Virus record (IMG/VR): IMGVR_UViG_3300029448_007456
Coordinates: 50,779 to 114,778 of that record
Length of the DNA stretch: 64,000 nucleotides
From: a virus
Reading direction: 5' to 3' (one strand)
Positions within the stretch are counted from its first letter, which is position 1, and every line of letters starts with the position of its first letter. The translations under genes and the position numbers were made by a program. This document shows, piece by piece, positions 1 to 10,253 of the stretch. Below the pieces are notes generated by a model. It worked only from the letters and a program-made list of their open reading frames with translations. It did not search any database and was not told the DNA's origin.

Positions 1-572
1 TTCCTGATCCGGAAAATTATTATGCTCTGTTGAATGAAAGTGGAGCAGAAGGACTTACTATAGGTATTGAGTCTGGCAGTAACAAAGTTTTGGCTGAAAT
101 GAAAAAACACTGCACTGTGGATGATATTCTCACTGAAATCAATTATTTTTCCTCACATGATGTGTCTTGTGGTATATTATTGTTTCCTGCATTTCCATCT
201 GAGACTAGACAAGATTTTTTAGCCACAGTGAAAATGTTGAAAAAATTACAACCATATTGGTGCAACGGTACAATAAATCTTGTAAACTTCAACACATTTT
301 ATGGCAATGAAAATTACAGTGAATGGGGTAAAAAGACAGAACAAGACGGCATGTATTCACATCCCAATGATCATAGTTTATGGTGGTATAAAAATAATCC
401 AAAACTAGATTACAAAGAGATTGTGTTTAGGAGACTGGTATTGAATAAGTTGGTTGAAACTCTCAATATTCCAACCAATCACGAATATGACTACATGACC
501 CAAATTCATAATTATTTTACAACAAACATAGGAAAGGTAAAAAAGTTTCATGCTGACATTAAAAAACATTGA
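1..572 (+). CDS. C-terminal part of a (B12-binding-type) radical SAM protein, 5' end outside window
   Basis: SGAEGLTIGIESGSNKVLAEMKK and FPSETRQDF are typical C-terminal radical SAM barrel motifs; frame is open to the window edge. Confidence 0.7.
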   Translation, partial: PDPENYYALLNESGAEGLTIGIESGSNKVLAEMKKHCTVDDILTEINYFSSHDVSCGILLFPAFPSETRQDFLATVKMLKKLQPYWCNGTINLVNFNTFYGNENYSEWGKKTEQDGMYSHPNDHSLWWYKNNPKLDYKEIVFRRLVLNKLVETLNIPTNHEYDYMTQIHNYFTTNIGKVKKFHADIKKH

Positions 573-1119
573 ATCAGAGATTGATAAATGTGTTGCTCTA
601 GCAGATGAGTATTCCTATAGATTTGAAATTGAACTGCAAGGTGTATTGTGCAACGGAGATCCTAACACATTTATAAAAATTAATCAAACCACATACTATG
701 AAGAAAAGTTTAATGGTGACAAAAGTTTTGTGATCGATTGTGTGTTGCCAAAAGATAGTGTGTGCAACATTGTGATTGGATTACAGCACAAACAAACTTC
801 CAACACAATACTACAGAACAATAAAATCATACAAGATCAATTTGTCAAAATACGAGACATAAGAATCAATCAAATCAGTTTAGTAAAAAATAATTTATAC
901 TTTTGGGACCATTCCAAGTTTGTGATGCAAAACAATGGTGAAGTCCTGCACAACAGAGATGGAGCATATTTTAATGGTGAATTCATATTGTCGTTGCAGA
1001 CACCTATATTTCCTTATCTCAGTAAATTGTTTCAGGACAATATAAAAAATTACAATGTTGAAAACAAATTTTTGTCATCTGAACACAGACAGGAATTGAT
1101 TCAAGCAGTGTATGATTAG
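550..1119 (+). CDS. hypothetical protein, partner of upstream radical SAM; paralog of 49415..49825
   Basis: Overlaps upstream stop; [18 protein letters not shown] resembles NDTIVKDGVIVRDQMIKI in 49415..49825. Confidence 0.6.
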   Translation: MLTLKNIESEIDKCVALADEYSYRFEIELQGVLCNGDPNTFIKINQTTYYEEKFNGDKSFVIDCVLPKDSVCNIVIGLQHKQTSNTILQNNKIIQDQFVKIRDIRINQISLVKNNLYFWDHSKFVMQNNGEVLHNRDGAYFNGEFILSLQTPIFPYLSKLFQDNIKNYNVENKFLSSEHRQELIQAVYD

Positions 1120-1712
1120 ATGTCTTCTCTGTGAGCGATAATTTTATCAACTAATCCAAACTCTAATGCTTCTTCAGGAGACATGAATTTATCACGTTCC
1201 ATAGAATCATTAATAGTTTCGATTGTTTGCCCTGTATGGTCAGCATACATTTGGTTGAGTTTTTTCTTGATCTTTGTGATTTCTTCTGCATGGATAAGGA
1301 TGTCAGTGGCTTGACCTGATGCTCCTCCTGATGGTTGATGAATCATGATGCGTGAATTTTTCAGTGCATATCGTTTTCCTTTGGTACCTGCCATAGCCAG
1401 TAGGGATCCTGCTGAACAAGCTTGTCCTATGACTAGTGTTGATATGTCACACTTGATAAACTGCATTGTGTCATACATGGCTAGACCTGCTGTGACCAGT
1501 CCGCCTGGCGAATTAATATACATAAAAATGTCTTTGTCAGGTGCCTGTGATTCCAAAAATAGTAATTGTGCTGACACAATAGAGGACACTTGTTCGTTGA
1601 TGCCTCCAGTCAAAAATATAATTCTTTCTTTTAATAAACGTGAAAATATATCATAGGACCTTTCGCCCTTTGATGTCTGTTCTATAACAACAGGTACTAA
1701 ACTCATATCCAT
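1116..1712 (-). CDS. clpP: ATP-dependent Clp protease proteolytic subunit
   Basis: [34 protein letters not shown] (catalytic Ser), [25 protein letters not shown]. Confidence 0.97.
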   Translation of the reverse strand: MDMSLVPVVIEQTSKGERSYDIFSRLLKERIIFLTGGINEQVSSIVSAQLLFLESQAPDKDIFMYINSPGGLVTAGLAMYDTMQFIKCDISTLVIGQACSAGSLLAMAGTKGKRYALKNSRIMIHQPSGGASGQATDILIHAEEITKIKKKLNQMYADHTGQTIETINDSMERDKFMSPEEALEFGLVDKIIAHREDI

Positions 1713-1724
1713 GCTAATATTATA

Positions 1725-2108
1725 CTACTCCTCTACAGTCTCGTCAACTGGTTGACGTTGTTCCGTTGGTTTTTCACATGCCCAACCTGTTCCATCAAAC
1801 CACCTACCATCATCACACAGATAATAGTAACCCCAAAAACCAGGCTTGTATCTTCCACATTCATCTTTGTATCTTCTATAAAATTTTTTTCTACGCACTT
1901 TGCCTTGATAGTGAGATCCATCTGGTTCAACAACATAGTTGCTTCCGCCAAAAGATTCATACATCCTTGCTACAAATGTGCCATTGATATCAATGTTGGA
2001 TAGTAGTTTAGGAAATGCTAATCGTTTCTTAAGTTCTTGCTTGGCTAGATAATCTTTATATTTTTCAGGATCGGTTACCCTTAAAAATGCGAGTTCTTTA
2101 TCTTCCAT
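1725..2108 (-). CDS. hypothetical protein
   Basis: 127-aa ORF tightly packed upstream of clpP. Confidence 0.6.
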   Translation of the reverse strand: MEDKELAFLRVTDPEKYKDYLAKQELKKRLAFPKLLSNIDINGTFVARMYESFGGSNYVVEPDGSHYQGKVRRKKFYRRYKDECGRYKPGFWGYYYLCDDGRWFDGTGWACEKPTEQRQPVDETVEE

Positions 2109-2134
2109 TATCTAACCAAACTGTATATTTTCAT

Positions 2135-2320
2135 TTACTTGGACGAAGCAGCTGCCTTCTCTTCAAGTATTTCTTTTCTTCTTGTCTTGATCAACTTGCC
2201 AAGTTCTTGTAAAGCCTTTCTGGCTCTTGTTGCAGATGCTTTAACACCCTTTTCAGCAAACTTAGTATTTTCTGCCATGTAAGCTTCCATTTGATTTTGT
2301 ATTTCATCCGTTGTTGACAT
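2135..2320 (-). CDS. small basic Hc1-like (histone H1-like) protein
   Basis: Start moved to MSTTDEIQ behind AAGGAG RBS; KFAEKGVKASATRARKALQELGKLIKTRRKEI resembles the Hc1 family core. Confidence 0.7.
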   Translation of the reverse strand: MSTTDEIQNQMEAYMAENTKFAEKGVKASATRARKALQELGKLIKTRRKEILEEKAAASSK

Positions 2321-2388
2321 ATTAATATATCTCCTTATTGCATTATTATATGCTCTGTAGACTGTTTCATGCAAGAAAAAGATTATTG

Positions 2389-3066
2389 TTAATTAAAAAT
2401 TAATCCAGTAAATGACACAGTGAACTGTGGACAGTAGCCAAAATTGCTTGATGCATGGCCATGCCCCCATGGGATATGATACACTTGTCCTGCTTTCCAA
2501 TGTGTTAACACAGTCTTTGATATTTGAAATGCATGACCATCACTCCACTCATTAACAGACCACCACAGTCTTTTGAGTTGGCCTTGCTCATTTGTTTTAG
2601 TGACCGGATCCAAATTGATGTGTGGAAACTTTTTTGCATATGATCCTGCATCATCTTGATGCCATGCAACACCATGTCCTGGAAATTTTACTAAAAGTCT
2701 TATTAATATTGAAGCCGGATCCACATTAAGTTTTGCAATGTTCTCCTTACCCAAAAGATCTTTCAGTTGTTCGTTGGTGTCTCCAAGTATGCCATAGTTT
2801 AATTCAAAGGTATTGTGTTCATTTCTGCCTAACAAATTATTAATATTGGCCCATTGTTTAGCATGTGCAGGATAATGGTCCTTTGGCATTTCCCATTCTT
2901 GTTTTGCATTATGGAAATTTTCTATGGTAAAGTCAATCCATTGTTGAGGATTAATAGATAGTTGTGTAATTGATTTAACTGTTACAGGATCTAGGGAATC
3001 AAAATGTTTTTGCATTTCTGCCCATGGCTTATTGGCAAGCAAATCAACGTATTCATCTTTGTTCAT
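2389..3066 (-). CDS. 2OG-Fe(II) oxygenase/cupin-like protein
   Basis: PGHGVAWHQD (HxD) and distal HASSNFG with WKAGQVY, a pattern common in phage oxygenases. Confidence 0.55.
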   Translation of the reverse strand: MNKDEYVDLLANKPWAEMQKHFDSLDPVTVKSITQLSINPQQWIDFTIENFHNAKQEWEMPKDHYPAHAKQWANINNLLGRNEHNTFELNYGILGDTNEQLKDLLGKENIAKLNVDPASILIRLLVKFPGHGVAWHQDDAGSYAKKFPHINLDPVTKTNEQGQLKRLWWSVNEWSDGHAFQISKTVLTHWKAGQVYHIPWGHGHASSNFGYCPQFTVSFTGLIFN

Positions 3067-3239
3067 AACAATTTAAATTTCTCATAATCAACTTTTAAAA
3101 CTTTTTTGCCTGTGTTTTGAAAATTTATTGTCACAGTGCCGTTAATACAGGATTGAACCTGTCCTTGACCCCATTCTGGATAGTCTACATGTTCAACAAC
3201 TGCGCCAGGCACTAGTATTGATTCTGATTGTCCAAGCAT
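3063..3239 (-). CDS. DUF3553-like small protein (58 aa, not in ORF track)
   Basis: Manual translation MLGQSESILVPGAVVEHVDYPEWGQGQVQSCINGTVTINFQNTGKKVLKVDYEKFKLL; overlaps both neighbours. Confidence 0.75.
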   Translation of the reverse strand: MLGQSESILVPGAVVEHVDYPEWGQGQVQSCINGTVTINFQNTGKKVLKVDYEKFKLL

Positions 3240-3754
3240 TATACTTTTAATTTAGCATAAGATTGTTGGACTGCTTGAGTTTGTGCCACAGCATCTGTAA
3301 GTGCATTGTGTTTGCCTTCTATCTTTACACTGACATCAGCAAGATCAAACAGTGTGCGTGTGTCTCTCACTTCCCAAAACTTCCAAGTGACTGCTTGTTG
3401 CAATGATCGACAGACATCTTCTATGATCACAACATCAAAAATTGCGCCATGACTCCACACATTAGAAGTGCCAAGGCCAAATGTATATAATTTTTTCATT
3501 GCATCTTTAAGATCAATTCGATCATCACCTTCACCGAATGCATCTTCTTGTATCTGTTTGTCTTGTTGGCTCCACCAACCAAGTGTGTCTTCATTGATCA
3601 CTCTGCCATAACTTTCTTGTGTTTCAAGAATAATTCTTTCATAATAGGTAGACTCTATATCTGTTGCATGTGGATCAAATCTACATGCTCCAATGGTCAA
3701 TATGGCCGCATTGGGCGATGTTGCCAGTGTTTCTAAATCAATCATTAAATGCAT
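3239..3754 (-). CDS. DEDDh 3'-5' exonuclease (DexA/DUF5051-like)
   Basis: HLMIDLETL, WSHGAIFD, RDTRT, HNALTDA motifs. Confidence 0.85.
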   Translation of the reverse strand: MHLMIDLETLATSPNAAILTIGACRFDPHATDIESTYYERIILETQESYGRVINEDTLGWWSQQDKQIQEDAFGEGDDRIDLKDAMKKLYTFGLGTSNVWSHGAIFDVVIIEDVCRSLQQAVTWKFWEVRDTRTLFDLADVSVKIEGKHNALTDAVAQTQAVQQSYAKLKV

Positions 3755-3790
3755 AATTTGAGTATATAAGGAAAAAAAGATACTGTCAAC

Positions 3791-4008
3791 ACTGCTTGGA
3801 GGGCCTTGCTATGAACTCACCCCCAACGTCCGGCTAGCAGATCACATCATCTCTATGAAGTTTAAATGTGAGCCTACTTCCAACCATCCCCTTGCAAACT
3901 TAGCCATTGGGCCATCTAAAACAAGGTCATGTGCGTTATCCCCCTGCCGAAGGATTATTCCGCCACAAGCTCTAAAAAGTTGCAACTAATTAGAATGCGT
4001 TGTTCAGT
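3791..4008 (-). ncRNA. candidate structured non-coding RNA (~218 nt), unidentified
   Basis: ORF-free, GC-richer intergenic block with own TTGACG-N16-TATTAT promoter and four stems with G-U pairs on the minus strand. Confidence 0.65.
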
Positions 4009-4014
4009 AATAGT

Positions 4015-4042
4015 ATAATAGCACTTTTATTAAATGCGTCAA
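4015..4042 (-). promoter_or_regulatory. sigma70-type promoter of the candidate ncRNA
   Basis: TTGACG (4042-4037), 16-nt spacer, TATTAT (4020-4015); same geometry as early promoters. Confidence 0.7.
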
Positions 4043-4114
4043 CCATATAAAAAATCATTGTTTTTTGCAGTTTTTTTGCCTGGAAAATCTTAATCCATAA
4101 ATATTTGACTTATC

Positions 4115-6031
4115 ATGCTTAATTTAGTGTTAGCACAACCTGGTTTCAGTTGGGGACCATCTCATCTGAATGCTCATTATCTTCCTTATTCAGTTGGTTG
4201 TTTGTGGGCGAAATGTCTAGACAATCAAACAATTGTTGAAAATGTTGAACTTTTAGACATGATTGCTGTGCGTGAAGATATTCAACACTTTGTTGACAAA
4301 TATGATAAAATTGATGTTATTGGTTTTTCTTGCTATGTTTGGAATTACAATTATGTCAATGCTTTAGCCAAAGCAATCAAACGCAAGTTTCCTGAGTGTG
4401 TTGTGGTTTTCGGAGGCCCAGAACCAGAACACAGTGATCAAGACATATTTGTCAATAAACCTTGGCTTGACTGTGTGGTGGTGCAGGAAGGCGAAGTTAG
4501 TTTTGAAAGAATTCTTGAATGCTTGATTACTAAAAAAAGTTTGGAAACAATTCCTGGATTGGTAATCAACAAACGGGGTCAAAGACTGGTTACACCCATA
4601 TCACAAAGAATAACTGATCTTGAGTCCTTGCCTTCACCCTACATCAAGGGCGTGTTTGATCATTTGTTTCACAAACACCCTGATATCACTTGGACAGCCA
4701 TAATGGAAACCAACAGAGGTTGTCCTTACAAATGCACATACTGTGATTGGGGTAGCCTCACATTAAGCAAGATCAAAAAGTTTTTGCTGGACAAAGTGGA
4801 ACAAGAAATCAAATGGATGAGTGATAAAAAAATAGACTTTGTTAACATAGCAGATGCCAACTATGGCATTTTCAAAGAAAGAGATTTAGCCATCACACGA
4901 CTATTTGGCAAATATAGATCAATCACTGGATGGCCAAAAGCAGTCACAACCAATTGGACAAAAAATGCCAAGAAGCATGTGTTGGACATTGCTCAAGAAT
5001 TCAAGGATCAAGGCATTGCAAACAGTGTGACAGTCAGTTTACAGAGTCTACACGATGATGTGTTGGATGCTGTTGAAAGGAAAAATTTTGAACTCAACAA
5101 TATCGAAGAAATGTCCATGGCTTGTTTTGAAAAACAATTACCAGTGGCTGTTGATTTAATTTTGGGATTGCCTATGGAAACAAAAAAATCTTGGAGGCAG
5201 ACATACTACAAGTTATTTGATCTAGACATTCATCAAGATTTTTACACACATCAAGCCATGCTGTTGGAAAATGCACACATGAATCAAAATCAATTGCATC
5301 AGTATGGTATGGAAAAATTTACAAGGCCCATCAAGTTTACTGAAGACAATATGCAACACACTGAATACGCAACCTTTGTCAAAAGCACAAACACAATGAC
5401 GTATGATGATATGATTGACTGTGCAATGCACACCAATTGGATTTATGCTCTGCATCACACTGGCCTAAGTTCTGAGCAGAGCAAATTTTTGCACAAACAC
5501 AGCGGGATACCTTATGCAACTTTTTACAATGGTCTGATTGAATTTTTGTTGCAACATGATTTTATGCACAATTGTTATCAGCAAAGCGTTGAGCAAATCA
5601 AGATGTCCTACAGTGATATAAACCAACCCACTTTGGAACAAATTGACCTTAGCCTAAGTGGTGAGTTTAATATACTTGAATGGAATATTATTAATAAAAA
5701 GATTGAAACTGATATACAAAATTGCATCAAAGAGTTCATTGACACACGATTTACAATTGACAAGGATCTAGTTGATCAGTTGGACGTATATGCACAACTC
5801 AGTTACTTGACATTTGAAAATCATACGAAGTTTGATCAACTGTCACATGAATTTGATTATAATTTTTATGAGGTCAACAATTTAAATGCTGACATGGCAA
5901 AAGGCAAACATACATATGTTTTTAAGAAAAAGTTATCACAGACTTTTGAAAACACTGTGGACTATGCAAATTACATGATTGTGCGAAAACGTAACATTCC
6001 TTCAAAGAACATCATCACACAACAAGATTAG
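4115..6031 (+). CDS. B12-binding radical SAM protein
   Basis: GFSCYVWN and GGPE cobalamin-binding N-domain; ETNRGCPYKCTYC; TAAATA box at 4098-4103. Confidence 0.9.
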   Translation: MLNLVLAQPGFSWGPSHLNAHYLPYSVGCLWAKCLDNQTIVENVELLDMIAVREDIQHFVDKYDKIDVIGFSCYVWNYNYVNALAKAIKRKFPECVVVFGGPEPEHSDQDIFVNKPWLDCVVVQEGEVSFERILECLITKKSLETIPGLVINKRGQRLVTPISQRITDLESLPSPYIKGVFDHLFHKHPDITWTAIMETNRGCPYKCTYCDWGSLTLSKIKKFLLDKVEQEIKWMSDKKIDFVNIADANYGIFKERDLAITRLFGKYRSITGWPKAVTTNWTKNAKKHVLDIAQEFKDQGIANSVTVSLQSLHDDVLDAVERKNFELNNIEEMSMACFEKQLPVAVDLILGLPMETKKSWRQTYYKLFDLDIHQDFYTHQAMLLENAHMNQNQLHQYGMEKFTRPIKFTEDNMQHTEYATFVKSTNTMTYDDMIDCAMHTNWIYALHHTGLSSEQSKFLHKHSGIPYATFYNGLIEFLLQHDFMHNCYQQSVEQIKMSYSDINQPTLEQIDLSLSGEFNILEWNIINKKIETDIQNCIKEFIDTRFTIDKDLVDQLDVYAQLSYLTFENHTKFDQLSHEFDYNFYEVNNLNADMAKGKHTYVFKKKLSQTFENTVDYANYMIVRKRNIPSKNIITQQD

Positions 6032-6267
6032 GATTTTTTGGTATTAGATGTCCAAATTTTGTGCAACACATAGAACCAAACTGAATTAATGGCTGGTTCG
6101 ACAATGGCCACAGTACCAGCTTCCCATAAACTTGCTCCAGTCATAATACTAACCACTATCATTGCAATGATAATGTGCCCAATAAAAAATATTACTGCAA
6201 GAGATATGCTTGATGTGCCTGCTACATTTTTAAATGTATTCCATATGCCATTTGTTAATTCTGTCAT
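6028..6267 (-). CDS. small membrane protein (DUF2061-like)
   Basis: TGASLWEAGTVAIVEPAINSVWFYVLHKIW. Confidence 0.65.
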   Translation of the reverse strand: MTELTNGIWNTFKNVAGTSSISLAVIFFIGHIIIAMIVVSIMTGASLWEAGTVAIVEPAINSVWFYVLHKIWTSNTKKS

Positions 6268-6319
6268 TTACTCTTCCCAAAAAGTTAGCTTGGTCTAATT
6301 TTAAGATATTTATAAATGG

Positions 6320-7687
6320 CTAATTGCCCTGGGTGGTAGAAAGAGTGCAACCTGCTTGTGTGCCACAGGTCATGTCAATGCTGTAATCTTGATCAGTGGA
6401 TCCTTGCTGTGACAGATCAAAATCAGTGGAATAGCCATCTAGATCAACACGAGCCGCATGGTTACCAGTGCCAGTTTGACTGATATCCACATCATGTGCA
6501 TAACTGCCTGTACCAAGTGTTAGATCTAAATAGTGTTCACCTGTGCCTGACTGATTGATATCAACAGTGTTGTTGCCATTGTCTATGTCCACAAACAAAA
6601 ACTTATCCCCATCGTTTAACTGTTGCATGGTGATCACATTAGAAGAAGAATCTAAATCCACACTCATGAAGTGCTCTGAAGATGTTGTACCATCATTGCG
6701 TTGTTGTAAAGTCAATGTGTTGGTTGATCCATCAATATCAATCAGCATTCTGTGATCTCCTACATCAGTGGCATAGTCACCTTGGGATAGATTCAGTGTG
6801 TTGGTATTGCCTGTGATGTCTAGTCCTATGCCGTTCCTACCACTGCTTCCAGATGTAGTCACATTGCCTTGATCAATATTGAGTGTGTTGTCGTTGCCTG
6901 TGATTTGTGAATCACTGGACCAATCACTGCCAACAACAAAATTATCATTGCCTGCTTGTTCAATATTAATTGTGTTGTTGTTGCCTTGCACATTCATTTT
7001 AATCCCGCTGTCTGATGTGCCTTTGGCTGTGTTCACTGCTGTGGTTTGTGAAGATGTGATTGTAACATTAACTGTGTTTTGGTCAGTGGTTGCAAAACCA
7101 GAGTTAGGCATATCTAACCAACCACTTGTAGAGTTTAAACTTAAATTAGATAAACTATAATGTATATCCATATTAGCAGAACCACCCCATTCATACCAGT
7201 TAATTTGTATTGGGTACCATTGACCACCAACACCAGAAAATGAACCACTAGAGTTCCAATATGTTGGTCCTTGTTGAGCCCAGTCAGATATTACTTTAGT
7301 ATTATTGATGTTTACAATAAGTCCATCATCATTACGACCAGCAAAATAAACTGTTGATGTTTGACCTGTGGTTCCTGGATGTTGCCAATAACCGGTGATA
7401 ACTACCATTCTCTGATTAGCACCATAATTATTATTATGAAGAACTATATTTCCACTATTCCAGTTGTAATTTAAACTGTCAGTAGTACCAGTTCCTTGTG
7501 ATAGACCTACATAACTTGGACTAGAATTATTACAGGTAGAGAGATATGTATAGTTGTTAAAACAAGGTGACTCTACATAAGGTGCATAATGACTAATTGC
7601 AAATACTTCATAATTTAAACTTCCTGCATATGCACTTGAACAAAGCAAAAACAAGATGCTACTGATTTTGAAGAATGCTAATTTCAT
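6320..7687 (-). CDS. secreted curlin-repeat protein with N-terminal PA14-like domain
   Basis: Signal peptide; YFAGRNDDG and YPIQINWYEWGG (PA14-like); repeated GxxNxxxIxQ curlin-like units. Confidence 0.7.
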   Translation of the reverse strand: MKLAFFKISSILFLLCSSAYAGSLNYEVFAISHYAPYVESPCFNNYTYLSTCNNSSPSYVGLSQGTGTTDSLNYNWNSGNIVLHNNNYGANQRMVVITGYWQHPGTTGQTSTVYFAGRNDDGLIVNINNTKVISDWAQQGPTYWNSSGSFSGVGGQWYPIQINWYEWGGSANMDIHYSLSNLSLNSTSGWLDMPNSGFATTDQNTVNVTITSSQTTAVNTAKGTSDSGIKMNVQGNNNTINIEQAGNDNFVVGSDWSSDSQITGNDNTLNIDQGNVTTSGSSGRNGIGLDITGNTNTLNLSQGDYATDVGDHRMLIDIDGSTNTLTLQQRNDGTTSSEHFMSVDLDSSSNVITMQQLNDGDKFLFVDIDNGNNTVDINQSGTGEHYLDLTLGTGSYAHDVDISQTGTGNHAARVDLDGYSTDFDLSQQGSTDQDYSIDMTCGTQAGCTLSTTQGN

Positions 7688-8756
7688 TTTCCTGTCCGTT
7701 AATGGTGTAATCTATTATTTCGTAATCTTGTTGTTGCACATTTAATATATAAGTGTTTTCTTTGTCCAGCCTTAATTCAATAAAGTTGCCTGCCGCATCT
7801 TCTCTGCTCCACACAAAATGTGGATCTTCGTCTAGCAGTATAATTCCTGTTGTTGGATCTTTTCCAAACCGCTGTCCTTCGACTTTTTTGTCAAATTCAC
7901 TTCTCATCTGTTTGGCCAGTTCTTCGTTGATTTGTTTTAGAATATCCACAAGAAAGTTTTGTTCTAAAAAATCAATATCCAATCCCGTTGCCCAATTTTC
8001 AATTTCTTCTTCTAAAGCATCGACATTAAGATCATCAAATTCCAAAAAGTCAATGTCAAGTGCATTGGCCACAGCATTATAGGATGAATTGTCCTGTTGT
8101 TCTTGGATTTCTTTTGGCTTGCTAATAATTAACAAATTGTTGATCATATCTTCTTCTAAACTAAGAATCACTGGCCGCATGGGCACACTTGCAACAGTAT
8201 CAACAACTGTAGCCTGGAATGCCTGGTTCATTATGACTTGACCAGCATCTGATTCAACTGATATTTCCCCCACATAACATTTTCCATCTGTGTTGCAACT
8301 TGGCAATAATATAATTGTGCTACTTCCTATTTCGTCCACTGTCATGGCAAAATCAGTGCCTCTAACTCCTATGGTTGCTGTTGGAGTTTGTATCAATACA
8401 TTCTGTTTGGAGTTTTTGGCAATTTGTCCTGATGCATAACGCACAGTGCCAAGACCTGCTTTAAGCGACAACTTGCCTGTGCCACTGGCAGGATCATACA
8501 CAAATTCATCAATAACAAGTTTTGAATGTTGGGTGATATCTACTCTGGTTTCATCAACAAATTCAATGGCAGTCTTGCCTTTGCCAGTTCGGACTGTGTC
8601 GTATGAAAACACATCAAGGTCAATTTCAGTGACTGCTTCTTCGCCATCAGTACGCTCCACAGCACCAGTGCCTTCGTGCAGTATGACATTCCCTATACTG
8701 GCCCATGAGTTTACTGTCAGCACAAAACTGCACAGCAAATAAAAAAGAAAGTTCAT
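7659..8756 (-). CDS. FecR-domain periplasmic protein
   Basis: Signal peptide; DTVRTG, IQTPTATIGVRGTDF. Confidence 0.85.
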   Translation of the reverse strand: MNFLFYLLCSFVLTVNSWASIGNVILHEGTGAVERTDGEEAVTEIDLDVFSYDTVRTGKGKTAIEFVDETRVDITQHSKLVIDEFVYDPASGTGKLSLKAGLGTVRYASGQIAKNSKQNVLIQTPTATIGVRGTDFAMTVDEIGSSTIILLPSCNTDGKCYVGEISVESDAGQVIMNQAFQATVVDTVASVPMRPVILSLEEDMINNLLIISKPKEIQEQQDNSSYNAVANALDIDFLEFDDLNVDALEEEIENWATGLDIDFLEQNFLVDILKQINEELAKQMRSEFDKKVEGQRFGKDPTTGIILLDEDPHFVWSREDAAGNFIELRLDKENTYILNVQQQDYEIIDYTINGQENEISILQNQ

Positions 8757-9439
8757 TAGTCTGTTTGACTAATGTCTATATCCGCGTTATCACCTGATGT
8801 TGTTAGTGTAATCATTTGATCGTTGATGCCACTCTGTACAATGTCCACATCTGCGATGCCACCTGTATGTGTGTGTATTAAAGTGTGTCCATTTACATCA
8901 CCGTTGCCATCAATGTCAACCAACCAGTTGTTAGTGTCACCGTCAACTGTGATTGTTAATATAGCACTGGTACCGTCGATGGTTGCCGCAATAACGTTTG
9001 AGTCATCATCACCTGCAGATGTAATTGTTGCAGTTGTGTTTGATGCATCTGATGTTTCGCCAATATCTAAATCAATATCATTGCTGTTTCCTACCATGGT
9101 CACATTAGCTGTTACAGTGCCACAAGAACTGTTATTTCCTGTGCTGTCACACATGATATCAATATCATTGCTGTTTCCTGTAACATTAAATGTACCAGTA
9201 TACGAAGCACCATTGATATCAAACTTTAATATGTTAGAGTTACCAACTTGATCAATATCAATTGTTGTGGTAGCTCCAGTGACAGTTGATGCAGTAGTCG
9301 AGTTACCCACTTGGTTGTTTTGACCATCTTGTGTGATGTCCAAATCCAAAGTAGCACCTGATTGTGTCACATAGATATCATTGGCGTTTGCAGATGTTAC
9401 AAACAAAAACGATAGTATTAATGTTATTAGTTTTGTCAT
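8756..9439 (-). CDS. curlin-like repeat protein (CsgA/CsgB-like)
   Basis: Signal peptide ending ANA-NDIY; repeats IxQxGxxN / GNSNDIDI; adjacent to csgG. Confidence 0.75.
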   Translation of the reverse strand: MTKLITLILSFLFVTSANANDIYVTQSGATLDLDITQDGQNNQVGNSTTASTVTGATTTIDIDQVGNSNILKFDINGASYTGTFNVTGNSNDIDIMCDSTGNNSSCGTVTANVTMVGNSNDIDLDIGETSDASNTTATITSAGDDDSNVIAATIDGTSAILTITVDGDTNNWLVDIDGNGDVNGHTLIHTHTGGIADVDIVQSGINDQMITLTTSGDNADIDISQTD

Positions 9440-9454
9440 TTATTTGTGTATCCC

Positions 9455-10252
9455 CTAAAAATATTTAATTTTCCATAACCCTTCTTTATCACCCAGTTTT
9501 AATAATTCCAGCACACAATATTCAATTGCACTGCGTACCGCATAATTTACTGGTTCATTTGTAGCAACACCGGTCTCAACTTCAAATGCTTTTGTGCTCA
9601 TGTCTAAAAACCTAAACACATCAGCCGACGTCTTATGGCTTGCAATTGTTTTTGTTGCTTCTGCTGTTAGTAAAACTTCTCCAGTTTGCACAGCAACTAA
9701 TCTCATGCTGACTGTGACTTGATCTATTCTGTATTCTTCTGACAGGCCGATGCCGAAATATCTAGCACCATCACCACCAGAAGCCACATTTGCATCATAT
9801 CCAATGATGCCTCCTTCAACAAGTAGTCCTGCAAACACAAGCGGTTTTAAAACATTTCCTACTTCTTGACTTCCATCATACAGTTCTCTAGTTGATCTTA
9901 TCAACTGTCTTTCTTTGACCAAACTGTCTAAACCTTTTCGTTCAACCACTCTGAACCATGTGCCTTCGCCCACTGCCTTGAGTGCTGAAATCACCCAGAC
10001 ATCTGCACCTTGTGAAACTGCCATAGACAGTTGACTAAACTTTGTGCTTGGCTTACGCTGTCCTGTAAGATCAGGAAACTTATATACAGCAATGGTTATC
10101 ACTGGTTGTTCAACAAGTGGAGGCAATGATTGTAAAATTTGCATTGTGGGTGTGCCTTCGATGAAAGGATCATCACCACTTTTAACTGTGTTCTGTGTGG
10201 TAGCACAAGATGTCAATATCAAAAGCATGCCTATTATAATAAAATTTTTCAT
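9455..10252 (-). CDS. csgG: curli secretion channel lipoprotein CsgG
   Basis: Lipobox LTSC; IAVYKFPDLTGQRKP, WFRVVERKGLDSLVKERQLIRS, EGGIIGYD, NEPVNYAVRSAIE. Confidence 0.92.
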   Translation of the reverse strand: MKNFIIIGMLLILTSCATTQNTVKSGDDPFIEGTPTMQILQSLPPLVEQPVITIAVYKFPDLTGQRKPSTKFSQLSMAVSQGADVWVISALKAVGEGTWFRVVERKGLDSLVKERQLIRSTRELYDGSQEVGNVLKPLVFAGLLVEGGIIGYDANVASGGDGARYFGIGLSEEYRIDQVTVSMRLVAVQTGEVLLTAEATKTIASHKTSADVFRFLDMSTKAFEVETGVATNEPVNYAVRSAIEYCVLELLKLGDKEGLWKIKYF

Positions 10253-10253
10253 G

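Noticed and set aside
3791-4008. RNase P RNA, 6S RNA or group I intron
   Set aside because: No GAGGAAAGTCC core, not a single long rod, and no interrupted gene; cannot be fully excluded without a covariance-model scan
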